UHGV virus genome: UHGV-0115176
DNA length: 20,696 nucleotides
From: a virus
Strand: one strand, 5' to 3'
Below, one piece after another: positions 7,903 to 15,631 of the stretch. The notes under the pieces are model-generated. The model did no database searches. It saw only the letters and a program-made list of their open reading frames with translations, and was not told the origin of the DNA. Both the position numbers and the translations under genes were made by a program. The first letter of the stretch is position 1, and each line of letters starts with the position of its first letter.

Positions 7903-9783
7903 TTAATACTCCGTCACGTTTTCCTGTCGCCACGCCTCGTCATATTCCGATTTCGGCATATTGGCGATGTAGCTATATGGCGATCCTGATTCAAGTTGCA
8001 GGAACTGGTGCGATTGCTCGTCAAGGAACAACGGGACACCACCTTCCCAACCTTCGCCGTTACGTTGTTTTTCAAGCATCAAAACAGATGCAGGAGACGC
8101 CAGTAGCTGTTCGTCCTTCTCTGACATCTTTTCACCACTCTGAACTCTCTGTAACGCTCTCTCGCGAGCCTTGTTACGCCAGATGATGAAAAGGTTGTCT
8201 GTCAGGTCTGTTATCGCTCCAGAGCCTTTTACGTCCATTTTCCCGGTTGGTTTTTCTTCGCTGTCTCCTTTTCGCGAGTGAGTAACGAGAATGACGTGGG
8301 AGTTTGTTTTGTTTTTGAAGTCGCAAATCGAGTCAACAAACGCCTTCTGCCCGTTATAGTCATCGTCGCCTATGCCACATTTCATCAGGCTGTCGATGAT
8401 GAATAACTGGATCCCGTATCGGCGGCGAGCGTAGTCGAATATTTCGATCAGCCTGTCGGCTTTCGCCGTTCCGGTCAGGCCAAACACCCAAAGTCTTTCG
8501 TCATAAAATTTAAATGCAGAGTCAATTTCCAGCACTGGCGGCATCTTGCAGCACGTCGCCTGACGGGTAAGGCGCTTAAGGAGAATACCAGGCTTCAGCT
8601 CAAGTGACGCGATGCACGTCTTCACACCCTGACGCATTGCCTCAAGTGCCATATGCCCGACAACCTCCGTTTTTCCGTGACCGTTCACCCCATTGACCAG
8701 CGTCAACTCTGCCTCACGGAACTGGAATTTATCTGCCAGAGATTCCCACGGTGGATTAAACAGATACTGCTGCTTGCCGTAGAAAGCGTTGATAGTGTCC
8801 TGGTAAAACTCTCGCGCGCTGTAGAGTTCTTCAGGATCGAAGTAGGATGCCGTGCCGATGTACTGCCAGATTTCATCCTCGGTAACACCGTTCATCAGGC
8901 ATTCGTTGATGTCTTTGTACGGCAGAGTAACAAGACGGCAACGATGTTCACCGAGTCGGCTTGCGATTTCCCTTGCGGCTTCACGACCAACATCATCAAC
9001 GTCCATCGAGATGAATATTTCCTCAAACCTGTCGAGGTTGTGATACTCAAACTCAATCCACTGTTGCTTAGCGCCTTTCCCGCCACCAAACGGCACGGAT
9101 AACGCCGAGATGCCGTATTGCGCATAGCTCATACAATCAATTTCGCCTTCGCAAAGCACAACCGCCCTCACGCCAGCGTCCAGAGCCTGCCATCCGAACA
9201 GGCAAGGTTCGCAATCACCTTCTGCCATAATGACTTTCTTCCCGTCCGGGCGCTCAGTGCTGATTCGCTTGACCTGCAACAACTCACCATCGCGTTTGTA
9301 CGGAATCACCAGAGCATCCAGTTCCCGCTCTCCATTCCACACCTTGCCGCTGACAACCTCGTAGCGCTTTACGATTTCTGGCGATATGCCACGCGATTGC
9401 AGGTACTCAAGATGGGATTCTGTTCTGGTAACGTAGCGGGCGATTTTCTTACGATCAGGTCTGGAGAATTTCTTCTCACGTCTGGCATCGAAATGGTGAT
9501 CGTCATCCTTGATACCGAGAAATGCTTTCGCTTCCTGCATAGCCTGATGCAGGTTAATTCCACGACATGCCATCCACAAATCAAGCATGTCACCGCCGTC
9601 TCCCTCAGCGAAATCAGCCCATTTTTTCTTGCCGCTAAGGTTGACCTTAAGGCTGTTTCCCTTGTCACCGTTGACGTTACCGGCAACCCACTCATGCCCC
9701 TCTTTCTTGCCGTTTGGCAACAGGTGTGGAGCCACCCTGTCAACCTGCGCCCAAAGCAGGTAGCTAAGTTCACTTGGAGTCAT
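7903..9783 (-). CDS. Bifunctional DNA primase / replicative helicase (TOPRIM + P-loop DnaB/gp4-like)
   Basis: 626 aa; TOPRIM-like acidic motif VVLCEGEIDCMSYAQYGI, Walker A GVNGHGKT, Walker B-like FIIDSLMKCGIGDDD; ATG at 9781-9783 with GAGGG SD. Confidence 0.8.
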   Translation of the reverse strand: MTPSELSYLLWAQVDRVAPHLLPNGKKEGHEWVAGNVNGDKGNSLKVNLSGKKKWADFAEGDGGDMLDLWMACRGINLHQAMQEAKAFLGIKDDDHHFDARREKKFSRPDRKKIARYVTRTESHLEYLQSRGISPEIVKRYEVVSGKVWNGERELDALVIPYKRDGELLQVKRISTERPDGKKVIMAEGDCEPCLFGWQALDAGVRAVVLCEGEIDCMSYAQYGISALSVPFGGGKGAKQQWIEFEYHNLDRFEEIFISMDVDDVGREAAREIASRLGEHRCRLVTLPYKDINECLMNGVTEDEIWQYIGTASYFDPEELYSAREFYQDTINAFYGKQQYLFNPPWESLADKFQFREAELTLVNGVNGHGKTEVVGHMALEAMRQGVKTCIASLELKPGILLKRLTRQATCCKMPPVLEIDSAFKFYDERLWVFGLTGTAKADRLIEIFDYARRRYGIQLFIIDSLMKCGIGDDDYNGQKAFVDSICDFKNKTNSHVILVTHSRKGDSEEKPTGKMDVKGSGAITDLTDNLFIIWRNKARERALQRVQSGEKMSEKDEQLLASPASVLMLEKQRNGEGWEGGVPLFLDEQSHQFLQLESGSPYSYIANMPKSEYDEAWRQENVTEY

Positions 9784-9887
9784 GATTCCCTCAGATTGAG
9801 ATTTTTAAACCAGAAATCGACAAACGAAATACTTAACCAGCCGTGGTTATAACCAGCGACCAGTAACGATTTGATTTTTGATTTCAT
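9780..9887 (-). CDS. Possible small ORF (35 aa) bridging the initiator and primase-helicase genes
   Basis: Hand translation MKSKIKSLLVAGYNHGWLSISFVDFWFKNLNLRES; ATG at 9885-9887 lies 3 nt after the initiator stop, and its TGA overlaps the primase-helicase ATG. Below the ORF-track size cutoff. Confidence 0.3.
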   Translation of the reverse strand: MKSKIKSLLVAGYNHGWLSISFVDFWFKNLNLRES

Positions 9888-9890
9888 GGT

Positions 9891-10682
9891 TCACCTGTCG
9901 AAAAACACGTAGCCAGTTTTCGATACGGTGATTGCGGATGATGGTTTGGATTGTGGTTGAATAGTTTCTGGCTTCTCGTCGTTCCAGCGCTGACCGTTCA
10001 GGTAGCTCGATGGTAACAACCTGTCGAATCCGAACTGCTTACCATTCCTGCATGCGATGTCTTCTGCCAGCATCGTGGCAAACTCGCTTGCCGTACCCCT
10101 GGTAGTTTTACGCCATTCCCTGAACTGTGTTCTGAATGCTGAAGCTGCGTTTTTCTTCCCGGCTTTCCGCATGCCTGCACACCAGAATATTTCCTCGAAT
10201 GCCTTGTCGGTTTCTTCGTGACGGTCAGGAGTTTTTTCACACTCTGTTCGGACATGTTCGAACATAATGTTTTTAGGTTCATTGACTGGTTCAAAAGAGT
10301 GACTGGTTCTGGGTGAATCTCCTGCACTACCCCCTGGTGCAACTCCTGCACTACCTGGTGAATTTGCTGCACCAGATAGTGAATTATTTGCACTACCCCC
10401 TAGTGAATCTCCTGCACCATCCAGATGAAGGAGATAGATATTACTTGAGTTACCTTTTTCACCTTTCCGGGTGACTTTTTTTACCAGCCCGGACTCACAA
10501 AGGGCCGCAATATGATTCATCACAGAACGTTTGCTAATCTCGCACTGGTCAGCAATATGCTGGTAGCTGGGCCAGCACTCACCCTGATCGCTGGCATTAT
10601 CAGCCAGCTTGATCAGAACCAGTTTTCGCAATGGATTACCCACTCGAATTTTCATCGCTTTAACCATCAGCTCCATACTCAT
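9891..10682 (-). CDS. Replication initiator (HTH DNA-binding, lambda O-like role) containing an internal iteron array
   Basis: 263 aa; N-terminal winged-helix/HTH-like region (KIRVGNPLRKLVLIKLADNASDQGECWPSYQHIADQCEISKRSVMNHIAALCESGLVKKV), then a Gly/Ser/Ala low-complexity linker encoded by the direct repeats, then a C-terminal domain; the ATG overlaps the upstream stop. Confidence 0.7.
   Translation of the reverse strand: MSMELMVKAMKIRVGNPLRKLVLIKLADNASDQGECWPSYQHIADQCEISKRSVMNHIAALCESGLVKKVTRKGEKGNSSNIYLLHLDGAGDSLGGSANNSLSGAANSPGSAGVAPGGSAGDSPRTSHSFEPVNEPKNIMFEHVRTECEKTPDRHEETDKAFEEIFWCAGMRKAGKKNAASAFRTQFREWRKTTRGTASEFATMLAEDIACRNGKQFGFDRLLPSSYLNGQRWNDEKPETIQPQSKPSSAITVSKTGYVFFDR
10312..10422. 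repeat. Five imperfect 21-24 bp direct repeats (iterons), candidate replication origin inside the initiator gene
   Basis: Plus-strand units start near 10312, 10336, 10357, 10379 and 10403 with core GTGAAT(C/T)T(C/G)CTGCAC(T/C)A(C)C; flanked at 10427-10470 by a more AT-rich stretch. Confidence 0.6.
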
Positions 10683-10903
10683 GCTGCACCTCCGAGATGC
10701 TTCATGTTTTTTCCGGAGCGAAAGGCTATAAGCGGCATACTGACGCGGTAATTACGGCCCAGCGGTTCACAAACCACCTTCTGACATTCACGGTCAACCA
10801 GGCTAACACGTAGAACATGCCCTGCAGGCGTGGTGTACCACTGACCCGGACGAGGACAACGGAAAGTATGATTGGTAAACCGTTTGAAAATATTCCGGAT
10901 CAT
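10679..10903 (-). CDS. Hypothetical small protein (74 aa) with three Cys (possible zinc-ribbon-like)
   Basis: ORF-track ORF; 4-nt overlaps with both neighbours (ends 10900/10903 and 10679/10682) imply a translationally coupled operon member. Confidence 0.55.
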   Translation of the reverse strand: MIRNIFKRFTNHTFRCPRPGQWYTTPAGHVLRVSLVDRECQKVVCEPLGRNYRVSMPLIAFRSGKNMKHLGGAA

Positions 10904-12060
10904 TTGCGCCCCCTTACCTCTGAAGGGTTCAGCGACAAATTTATGAGACTGGCCAGTAGCGCCGCGTCGTTGATGCGGTCATACAGACTTACAGCCAGCG
11001 GGGATTCGGCTTTTGCCAACATGGGATAAAGCTGCTGCAGCCAGACCTTGTGGATTACCGACAGGTGGGAGTAAAGCACGCTGGCGTTATCTGCGGCATC
11101 GCTCAGCGTGGATGGCTTTGAAAGCAGTTTTTCCATCTGGTTAAAGGCATTTATGTATGCCTCTTTGAACCGGGCAGCACGTTTACCCGTGAAACCCATA
11201 GCAAGAAACGCAAAACCGTCTCGTGTGATTTGATAGCAAGGGAGCTTGCGTGTACCACCGTTCGGTTGATTTACCGAAATCGATGTCTCCGCAAAATTGC
11301 GGGCACAAAACTCTGGGGAACAATCCAGAGTGCGGATCTTTTTCAGCACATCGTCGTGACGCTTGGAGAAGAAGTTGGCAACAGCCAAAGAAGTGGTAAC
11401 GGCCTGGCCGTTGTCAATGGTGATTTCAGGTTGAGTGAGGGCTGGGATCGTAGCCATGATGGCAGCCTCCGTTGACAGTGAAAAACTTCCACCACCGGAA
11501 ACGCCAATTTCACTGGTGGTGAACTGGACGGGGTTGGCGTAACCGGCGTCAACGGAGACCGGCGCACCTTTCGGTGCCCCCGCCCAGCCCACCATAATCT
11601 GGATGTGAGCAAATGCGGACGATAAAAAAGACGCTGGCGCGTCATACATCGCCGTTGACAATTTCAGGACGCCAATCCCGGCACCCGCTTTATAAGGTGC
11701 CTGAGCAGTGTAACGTCCCGGAATTGCAGAATCAATATGCTGGTGGTCCTTCACACTCAACAAAATCACGCCTGAATTTCCACAAAGGACTAAAGCACTC
11801 ATGCGGGTAGTCTTTGCGAAGATAGATAACGCGCTGTGTTTCTGGCTCCCAACGAATAACATGGACATAAAGCCCTCTTCCGTCACGAAACCAGCGGTTA
11901 AGTTCCTGCACAACTCGCCCCCCACAGTCAGGTAAAGTTCTCTGTGGTTACTTACAGCCAGGTGATTTGGTAATCTGCATTCATGCCGTAACAACAGGTG
12001 TTCAGCGACGCTGACCACCAGCTGTTGCGACAAACGGTTATTTGCCGTTAAACTATTCAT
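10900..12060 (-). CDS. Rha-family phage regulatory protein, long ORF with a ~200-codon N-terminal extension (canonical Rha start at 11457)
   Basis: The segment from the internal ATG at 11455-11457 (GGAGG SD 8 nt upstream) reads MATIPALTQPEITIDNGQAVTTSLAVANFFSKRHDDVLKKIRTLD...ITRDGFAFLAMGFTGKRAARFKEAYINAFN, a Rha-type N-terminus. The same frame stays open for 201 further codons upstream to an ATG at 12058-12060 that overlaps the preceding gene's stop. Confidence 0.55.
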   Translation of the reverse strand: MNSLTANNRLSQQLVVSVAEHLLLRHECRLPNHLAVSNHRELYLTVGGELCRNLTAGFVTEEGFMSMLFVGSQKHSALSIFAKTTRMSALVLCGNSGVILLSVKDHQHIDSAIPGRYTAQAPYKAGAGIGVLKLSTAMYDAPASFLSSAFAHIQIMVGWAGAPKGAPVSVDAGYANPVQFTTSEIGVSGGGSFSLSTEAAIMATIPALTQPEITIDNGQAVTTSLAVANFFSKRHDDVLKKIRTLDCSPEFCARNFAETSISVNQPNGGTRKLPCYQITRDGFAFLAMGFTGKRAARFKEAYINAFNQMEKLLSKPSTLSDAADNASVLYSHLSVIHKVWLQQLYPMLAKAESPLAVSLYDRINDAALLASLINLSLNPSEVRGRK

Positions 12061-12626
12061 GCGTTAGTTTCTCCACAACCAGAAGCAATCGACGCCACGA
12101 CGCCCGGAGCTGCACACTCGCGGGCGTCACTCTTTTCTGGAGCGCAAAAGATTTTGTAGACCAGTGCTGCATGCTCCTGGAGCTTCGAAATTGACAGATA
12201 CAACTCATCATTAATTGCTGTCTGCTCGTGTGGCTCCACTACCCCATCTTCGATTGCCGAACGAATCTGCTTTGAGTAACTCCCGATCTGTTCGATGACT
12301 TCCAGCAGGCGCTGGTTTATATCGGCATTCTCTACTTCCTCAATTTCAGGAAGCGATACAAACACCCCACCAGCAGACTGTGCGACAGCATCCGCAATGT
12401 AGTGAGTGCCAGCCGCGCGCTGTAAAATCATTGCCCATCCCAGCGGGAAAATCTGATCGCCATCTGCACGAAGGCGGTTGAATAAAGCGTTCTCTGTTAC
12501 ATCCAGCCACTCAGCAGCTTCAGCGTAACCCCCCGGCAACGCCGCGATAGTTTTTCTGACAGCTTTCACGTACCACTCAGGCTGTTTTTCTACTTTCCAG
12601 TGATGCTTACCCACGGTTAGCCTCAT
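12057..12626 (-). CDS. CII/YdaT-like early regulatory protein (family assignment tentative)
   Basis: 189 aa; second gene of the rightward early operon, directly after cro, the position of cII/ydaT-type genes in lambdoid and Rac-like prophages; family from memory only. Confidence 0.6.
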   Translation of the reverse strand: MRLTVGKHHWKVEKQPEWYVKAVRKTIAALPGGYAEAAEWLDVTENALFNRLRADGDQIFPLGWAMILQRAAGTHYIADAVAQSAGGVFVSLPEIEEVENADINQRLLEVIEQIGSYSKQIRSAIEDGVVEPHEQTAINDELYLSISKLQEHAALVYKIFCAPEKSDARECAAPGVVASIASGCGETNA

Positions 12627-12657
12627 CGTTCTGTGGTTAAAAATTGAAGGTGTTCTG

Positions 12658-12858
12658 TTAATCTTTCGGATAGATATCCGGTCTTAAGTCAGATTTCGTA
12701 ATTGCACCTGACGTGCATTGCTCAAGTTTTTTAGCCAGCACAAAACTGGCTTTTTTATAACCATTGAAAACCAGCCGTAAGTAGCCTGGTGTTGAGCCAA
12801 CTTTTCCGGCCAACTCGCCCTGCTGTTCTTTGGTTAAAGAGTCCCAATACGCTTTCAT
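12658..12858 (-). CDS. Cro/YdaS-like HTH repressor
   Basis: 66 aa from the ATG at 12856-12858 (MKAYWDSLTKEQQGELAGKVGSTPGYLRLVFNGYKKASFVLAKKLEQCTSGAITKSDLRPDIYPKD), with GGAGG SD 7 nt upstream; divergent from the cI-like gene. The longer ORF-track ORF to 13161 would run through the operator region and the cI start. Confidence 0.75.
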   Translation of the reverse strand: MKAYWDSLTKEQQGELAGKVGSTPGYLRLVFNGYKKASFVLAKKLEQCTSGAITKSDLRPDIYPKD

Positions 12859-12861
12859 ACA

Positions 12862-12884
12862 ATATGTACCTCCGATATACATAT
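12862..12884. promoter_or_regulatory. Candidate operator OR-a (ATATGTACC-N5-GATATACATAT dyad)
   Basis: Inverted arms ATATGTA (12862-12868) / TACATAT (12878-12884) overlapping the pR -10 and the cro SD; a further TACAT copy at 12885-12889. Confidence 0.5.
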
Positions 12885-12913
12885 TACATGATTGAGATGA
12901 ACCTTCAAGATAC

Positions 12914-12932
12914 TTGTACCCTATCGGTACAA
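12914..12932. promoter_or_regulatory. Candidate operator OR-b (TTGTACC-N5-GGTACAA perfect dyad)
   Basis: Perfect 7-bp inverted repeat around a 5-bp spacer, overlapping the candidate pRM -35 and lying just upstream of the pR -35. Confidence 0.45.
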
Positions 12933-12948
12933 AGGTTTTAATTTCGTT

Positions 12949-13623
12949 ATGAAAACAGTCCATGACATCCGGCGGTCTAACGCCAGAAAACTGAGAGATG
13001 GTGTTGGCGGGAATTCTTCCTTTGCCACCATGATTGATCGCGAGCCAACCCAGACCAGCAGGTTTATGGGAGATGGTGCTACTAAAAATATCGGTGACAG
13101 CATGGCACGGCACATCGAAAAATGTTTCGACCTGCCTGTCGGATGGCTTGATCAAGAACACCAGACAACAAACATCACAAAAAAACCTGATGTTTCAATT
13201 ACTAACAAACAAATAACGTTAGTCCCTGTCATATCATGGGTACAGGCCGGAGCATGGAAAGAAGTTGGCTATTCTGAGGTTGATTTGAGCACAGCAGAAA
13301 CTTATCCCTGCCCTGTACCCTGTGGCGAAATGACTTATATCTTGCGGGTGATTGGTGATTCAATGATTGATGAGTACCGCCCGGGAGACATGATTTTTGT
13401 AGATCCTGAAGTCCCTGCCTGCCACGGTGACGACGTTATTGCATTGATGCACGATACGGGCGAAACCACCTTTAAGCGGTTGATAGAAGATGGAACACAG
13501 CGTTACCTCAAAGCATTAAACCCAAACTGGCCTGAACCTTACATTAAGATCAACGGTAATTGCTCTATAATTGGTACAGTAATTTTCTCAGGAAAACCAA
13601 GAAGATACAAAATAAAGGCCTAA
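12949..13623 (+). CDS. CI-like prophage repressor (N-terminal HTH, C-terminal S24 LexA-type autopeptidase)
   Basis: 224 aa; HTH-like N-terminus (ARKLRDGVGGNSSFATMIDREPTQTSRFMGDGATKNIGDSMARHIEKCF); C-terminal S24 signature with Ser in VIGDSM and Lys in TTFKRL; divergent from cro. Confidence 0.85.
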   Translation: MKTVHDIRRSNARKLRDGVGGNSSFATMIDREPTQTSRFMGDGATKNIGDSMARHIEKCFDLPVGWLDQEHQTTNITKKPDVSITNKQITLVPVISWVQAGAWKEVGYSEVDLSTAETYPCPVPCGEMTYILRVIGDSMIDEYRPGDMIFVDPEVPACHGDDVIALMHDTGETTFKRLIEDGTQRYLKALNPNWPEPYIKINGNCSIIGTVIFSGKPRRYKIKA

Positions 13624-13634
13624 TCAATATTTAT

Positions 13635-13658
13635 AACCTGCTTCGGCAGGTTTTTTTA
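13635..13658 (+). terminator. Intrinsic terminator after the repressor gene
   Basis: AACCTGC-TTCG-GCAGGTT (7-bp stem, tetraloop) followed by T7 (13651-13657), 12 nt after the cI stop. Confidence 0.75.
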
Positions 13659-13661
13659 TAC

Positions 13662-13694
13662 TTGACAATGTACCCTTGAGATACATAATGTATC
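13662..13694 (+). promoter_or_regulatory. pL-like promoter (TTGACA-N16-CATAAT) with overlapping operator dyads
   Basis: Consensus -35 TTGACA (13662-13667) and -10 CATAAT (13684-13689); dyad ATGTA (13668-13672) / TACAT (13682-13686) and perfect palindrome GATACATAATGTATC (13680-13694); the 23-mer 13666-13688 matches OR-a at 16 of 23 positions. Confidence 0.6.
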
Positions 13695-14181
13695 TAAAAG
13701 AAACATGCCACAGGCAAGATTAAACAAAATTTGGTTGTAACACGGCGTATGGCACATGCGTCGTTAGCGGTCTGGGGACGTTAAAGGGGACAATCCACTC
13801 CTTGCTCGGGCAAACAAACCAGGTAGCCGGAATGTGCAAGTCAATGATGATGCTGATAAGACGCCTAACCAGCGTGGCGATTCGGTTTGACGCCTGGGAA
13901 GAGACCAGGACGCAACGATGAGAGCATTGACGAGCAAGGCATAAGTGCTGGTTCAATTCCAGACAGTCCCATTCAGATGGGAGGGTTGGGCAGGGAAAAG
14001 GTCCGTTCGATTCGGACACCGGCAATGCTCTCAGCGTTGTGGTGAATGCGCAGGCTGATGCGCGAAAGACATTGCAGCTATTGCGGAAAAGAGCTGTTCG
14101 GCGGGGCAATCAAACGCCCGTGAGAGTCTGAAATAACCGCAAGCCGGAGATCAGCACCGGCACCACAACAGCCACTGCTTT

Positions 14182-14228
14182 GGCGGTACCAGTTTGTACA
14201 CTTGCTTCCGGCTGGTACCGCTCTTTTT
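14182..14228 (+). terminator. Strong intrinsic terminator inside the pL leader, ~140 nt before the first early-left gene
   Basis: Stem GGCGGTACCAG (14182-14192) / CTGGTACCGCT (14212-14222), 10-11 bp and GC-rich, followed by CTTTTT (14223-14228); the 19-nt loop contains TTGTACA. Confidence 0.6.
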
Positions 14229-14365
14229 ACAAAACAGAGAAGAGCATCACCGGACGACGGGCTCATAACCCAATCCATCCGGGCGGCTGTCACCGCAGGT
14301 GTTCTTCTCTGTTTTGTGGAGAAACCAACCGACCTTGCAGGGTCGGTATGATGAGGAGCAGCAAA

Positions 14366-14728
14366 ATGGCTAGCGTACGCAGTACTGATGTGCAGGTATT
14401 TATCGTAGAACTGGACGGCGGCGTATTTGAAACCAAACTCGGCGCAGTTCTCAGTGAAGTCGCTTCCGGTGTGATGAACACGAAAAACAAAGGTAAAGTC
14501 TCGGTCAATCTGGACATCGAACCGTTTGATGAGAACCGTGTGAAAATCAAACACAAACTCTCATATGTTCGCCCGACTAACCGCGGGAAAATTTCCGAAG
14601 AAGACACCACCGAAACACCGATGTATGTCAATCGCGGTGGTCGCCTGACTATTCTGCAGGAAGACCAGGGACAATTACTGACTCTTGCCGGTGAACCTGA
14701 CGGAAAACTACGCGCAGCAGGTCATTAA
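14366..14728 (+). CDS. yfdP: YfdP-like early protein (120 aa), first gene of the leftward early operon
   Basis: ATG at 14366 with GAGGAG SD 7 nt upstream (MASVRSTDVQVFIVELDGGVFETKLGAV...); the upstream in-frame portion of ORF 14180..14728 is Cys/Arg/Pro-rich and looks noncoding. Identity inferred mainly from synteny with the clearer yfdQ/yfdR/yfdS matches. Confidence 0.6.
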   Translation: MASVRSTDVQVFIVELDGGVFETKLGAVLSEVASGVMNTKNKGKVSVNLDIEPFDENRVKIKHKLSYVRPTNRGKISEEDTTETPMYVNRGGRLTILQEDQGQLLTLAGEPDGKLRAAGH

Positions 14729-14793
14729 TATCGTTCTTAATTAACTGATTATTTATCTCATCACTGAATATCTTAATATAGTGAGGACTTATT

Positions 14794-15618
14794 ATGTCTC
14801 AGAACTTAGACGCAACCGCAATTAATCAAATCCATGCCCTTATTTCTGCTCAGGGTGTTAATGAAATTATCAGTAAGATTGGTGCCGATGCTGTGGCATT
14901 GCCTGAGAATTTCCGCATTCATGATCTGGAAAAATTTAATTTAAATCGCTTCCGTTTCCGTGGTGCGCTTTCCACTGCCAGCATCGATGACTTTACCCGT
15001 TATTCTAAAGATCTTGCAGATGAAGGCACCCGCTGCTTTATCGATGCCGATAATATGCGAGCCATCAGTGTGCTTAACCTGGGTACTATTGATGAACCAG
15101 GTCACGCAGATAACACCGCCACTCTCAAACTGAAAAAGACAGCACCGTTCTCTGCCCTGCTGTCTGTTAATGGCGAGCGTAACTCCCAGAAGTCACTGGC
15201 AGAATGGATTGAAGACTGGGCCGACTATCTTGTGGGCTTTGATGCTAATGGTGACGCTATTAAGGCAACAAAAGCGGCTGCGGCAGTCCGTAAAATCACG
15301 ATTGAAGCAAACCAGACCGCTGATTTTGAAGATAATGACTTCAGCGGCAAACGCTCTTTGATGGAGTCTGTCGAAGCGAAAACCAAAGACATTATGCCAG
15401 TAGCATTTGAGTTTAAATGCGTTCCGTTTGAAGGCCTGAAAGAACGTCCGTTTAAATTACGCCTCAGCATTATCACTGGTGATCGCCCTGTACTGGTTCT
15501 GCGCATTATTCAGCTGGAAGCAGTGCAGGAAGAAATGGCTAACGAATTTCGTGATCTGCTTGTTGAAAAATTCAAAGACAGCAAAGTAGAAACCTTTATT
15601 GGTACTTTCACCGCCTGA
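14794..15618 (+). CDS. yfdQ: YfdQ-like protein (DUF2303 family)
   Basis: 274 aa, [48 protein letters not shown]...; matches my recollection of E. coli K-12 CPS-53 YfdQ; GAGG SD 7 nt before the ATG. Confidence 0.75.
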   Translation: MSQNLDATAINQIHALISAQGVNEIISKIGADAVALPENFRIHDLEKFNLNRFRFRGALSTASIDDFTRYSKDLADEGTRCFIDADNMRAISVLNLGTIDEPGHADNTATLKLKKTAPFSALLSVNGERNSQKSLAEWIEDWADYLVGFDANGDAIKATKAAAAVRKITIEANQTADFEDNDFSGKRSLMESVEAKTKDIMPVAFEFKCVPFEGLKERPFKLRLSIITGDRPVLVLRIIQLEAVQEEMANEFRDLLVEKFKDSKVETFIGTFTA

Positions 15619-15631
15619 TTTCATTACTGCA

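Larger units (their letters stand above)
12859..12948. promoter_or_regulatory. Divergent immunity control region (candidate pR, pRM and operators)
   Basis: 90-bp gap between cro and cI. Minus-strand pR candidate: TTGAAG (plus 12903-12908), 16-nt spacer, TAATAT (plus 12881-12886). Plus-strand pRM candidate: TTGTAC (12914-12919), 17-nt spacer, TTTAAT (12937-12942), with the start at or next to the cI ATG. Confidence 0.5.

Noticed and set aside
10312-10422. Possible CRISPR-like repeat array
   Set aside because: Repeats are imperfect, contiguous (no spacers), 21-24 bp, and in-frame inside a coding region next to an AT-rich tract; iteron/origin interpretation fits better.
11749-11756. Chi site GCTGGTGG
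   Set aside because: A single occurrence in 20 kb is within chance expectation for E. coli-like sequence; no clustering or orientation bias could be assessed.
12859-13161. Upstream 101 codons of ORF 12658..13161 (long form of the cro-like gene)
   Set aside because: It would read through the divergent promoter/operator region and the 5' end of the cI-like gene; an internal ATG at 12858 with a strong SD gives a typical 66-aa Cro-like protein.
14001-14017. tRNA T-arm-like hairpin (GTCCG-TTCGATT-CGGAC) in the pL leader
   Set aside because: No complementary acceptor-stem partner for the flanking sequence and no D-arm or anticodon arm at the expected spacing; probably a local hairpin, not a tRNA.
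14055-14067. Hammerhead-like CUGAUG...GAAA motif
   Set aside because: No helix II stem-loop between the two conserved boxes and no suitably placed cleavage-site triplet with helices I and III.
13694-14180. Small N-like antiterminator gene hidden in the pL leader
   Set aside because: No plus-strand ORF of 60 aa or more and no SD-linked ATG found by eye; short Arg-rich frames are interrupted by stops. Cannot fully exclude a very small or decayed gene without homology search.
13720-14554. Minus-strand ORFs 13720..14109 (129 aa) and 14078..14554 (158 aa), and the plus-strand extension of ORF 14180..14728 upstream of 14366
   Set aside because: Cys/Arg/Pro-rich low-complexity translations typical of GC-rich noncoding sequence; the second overlaps the yfdP-like gene on the opposite strand; no SD-linked starts.
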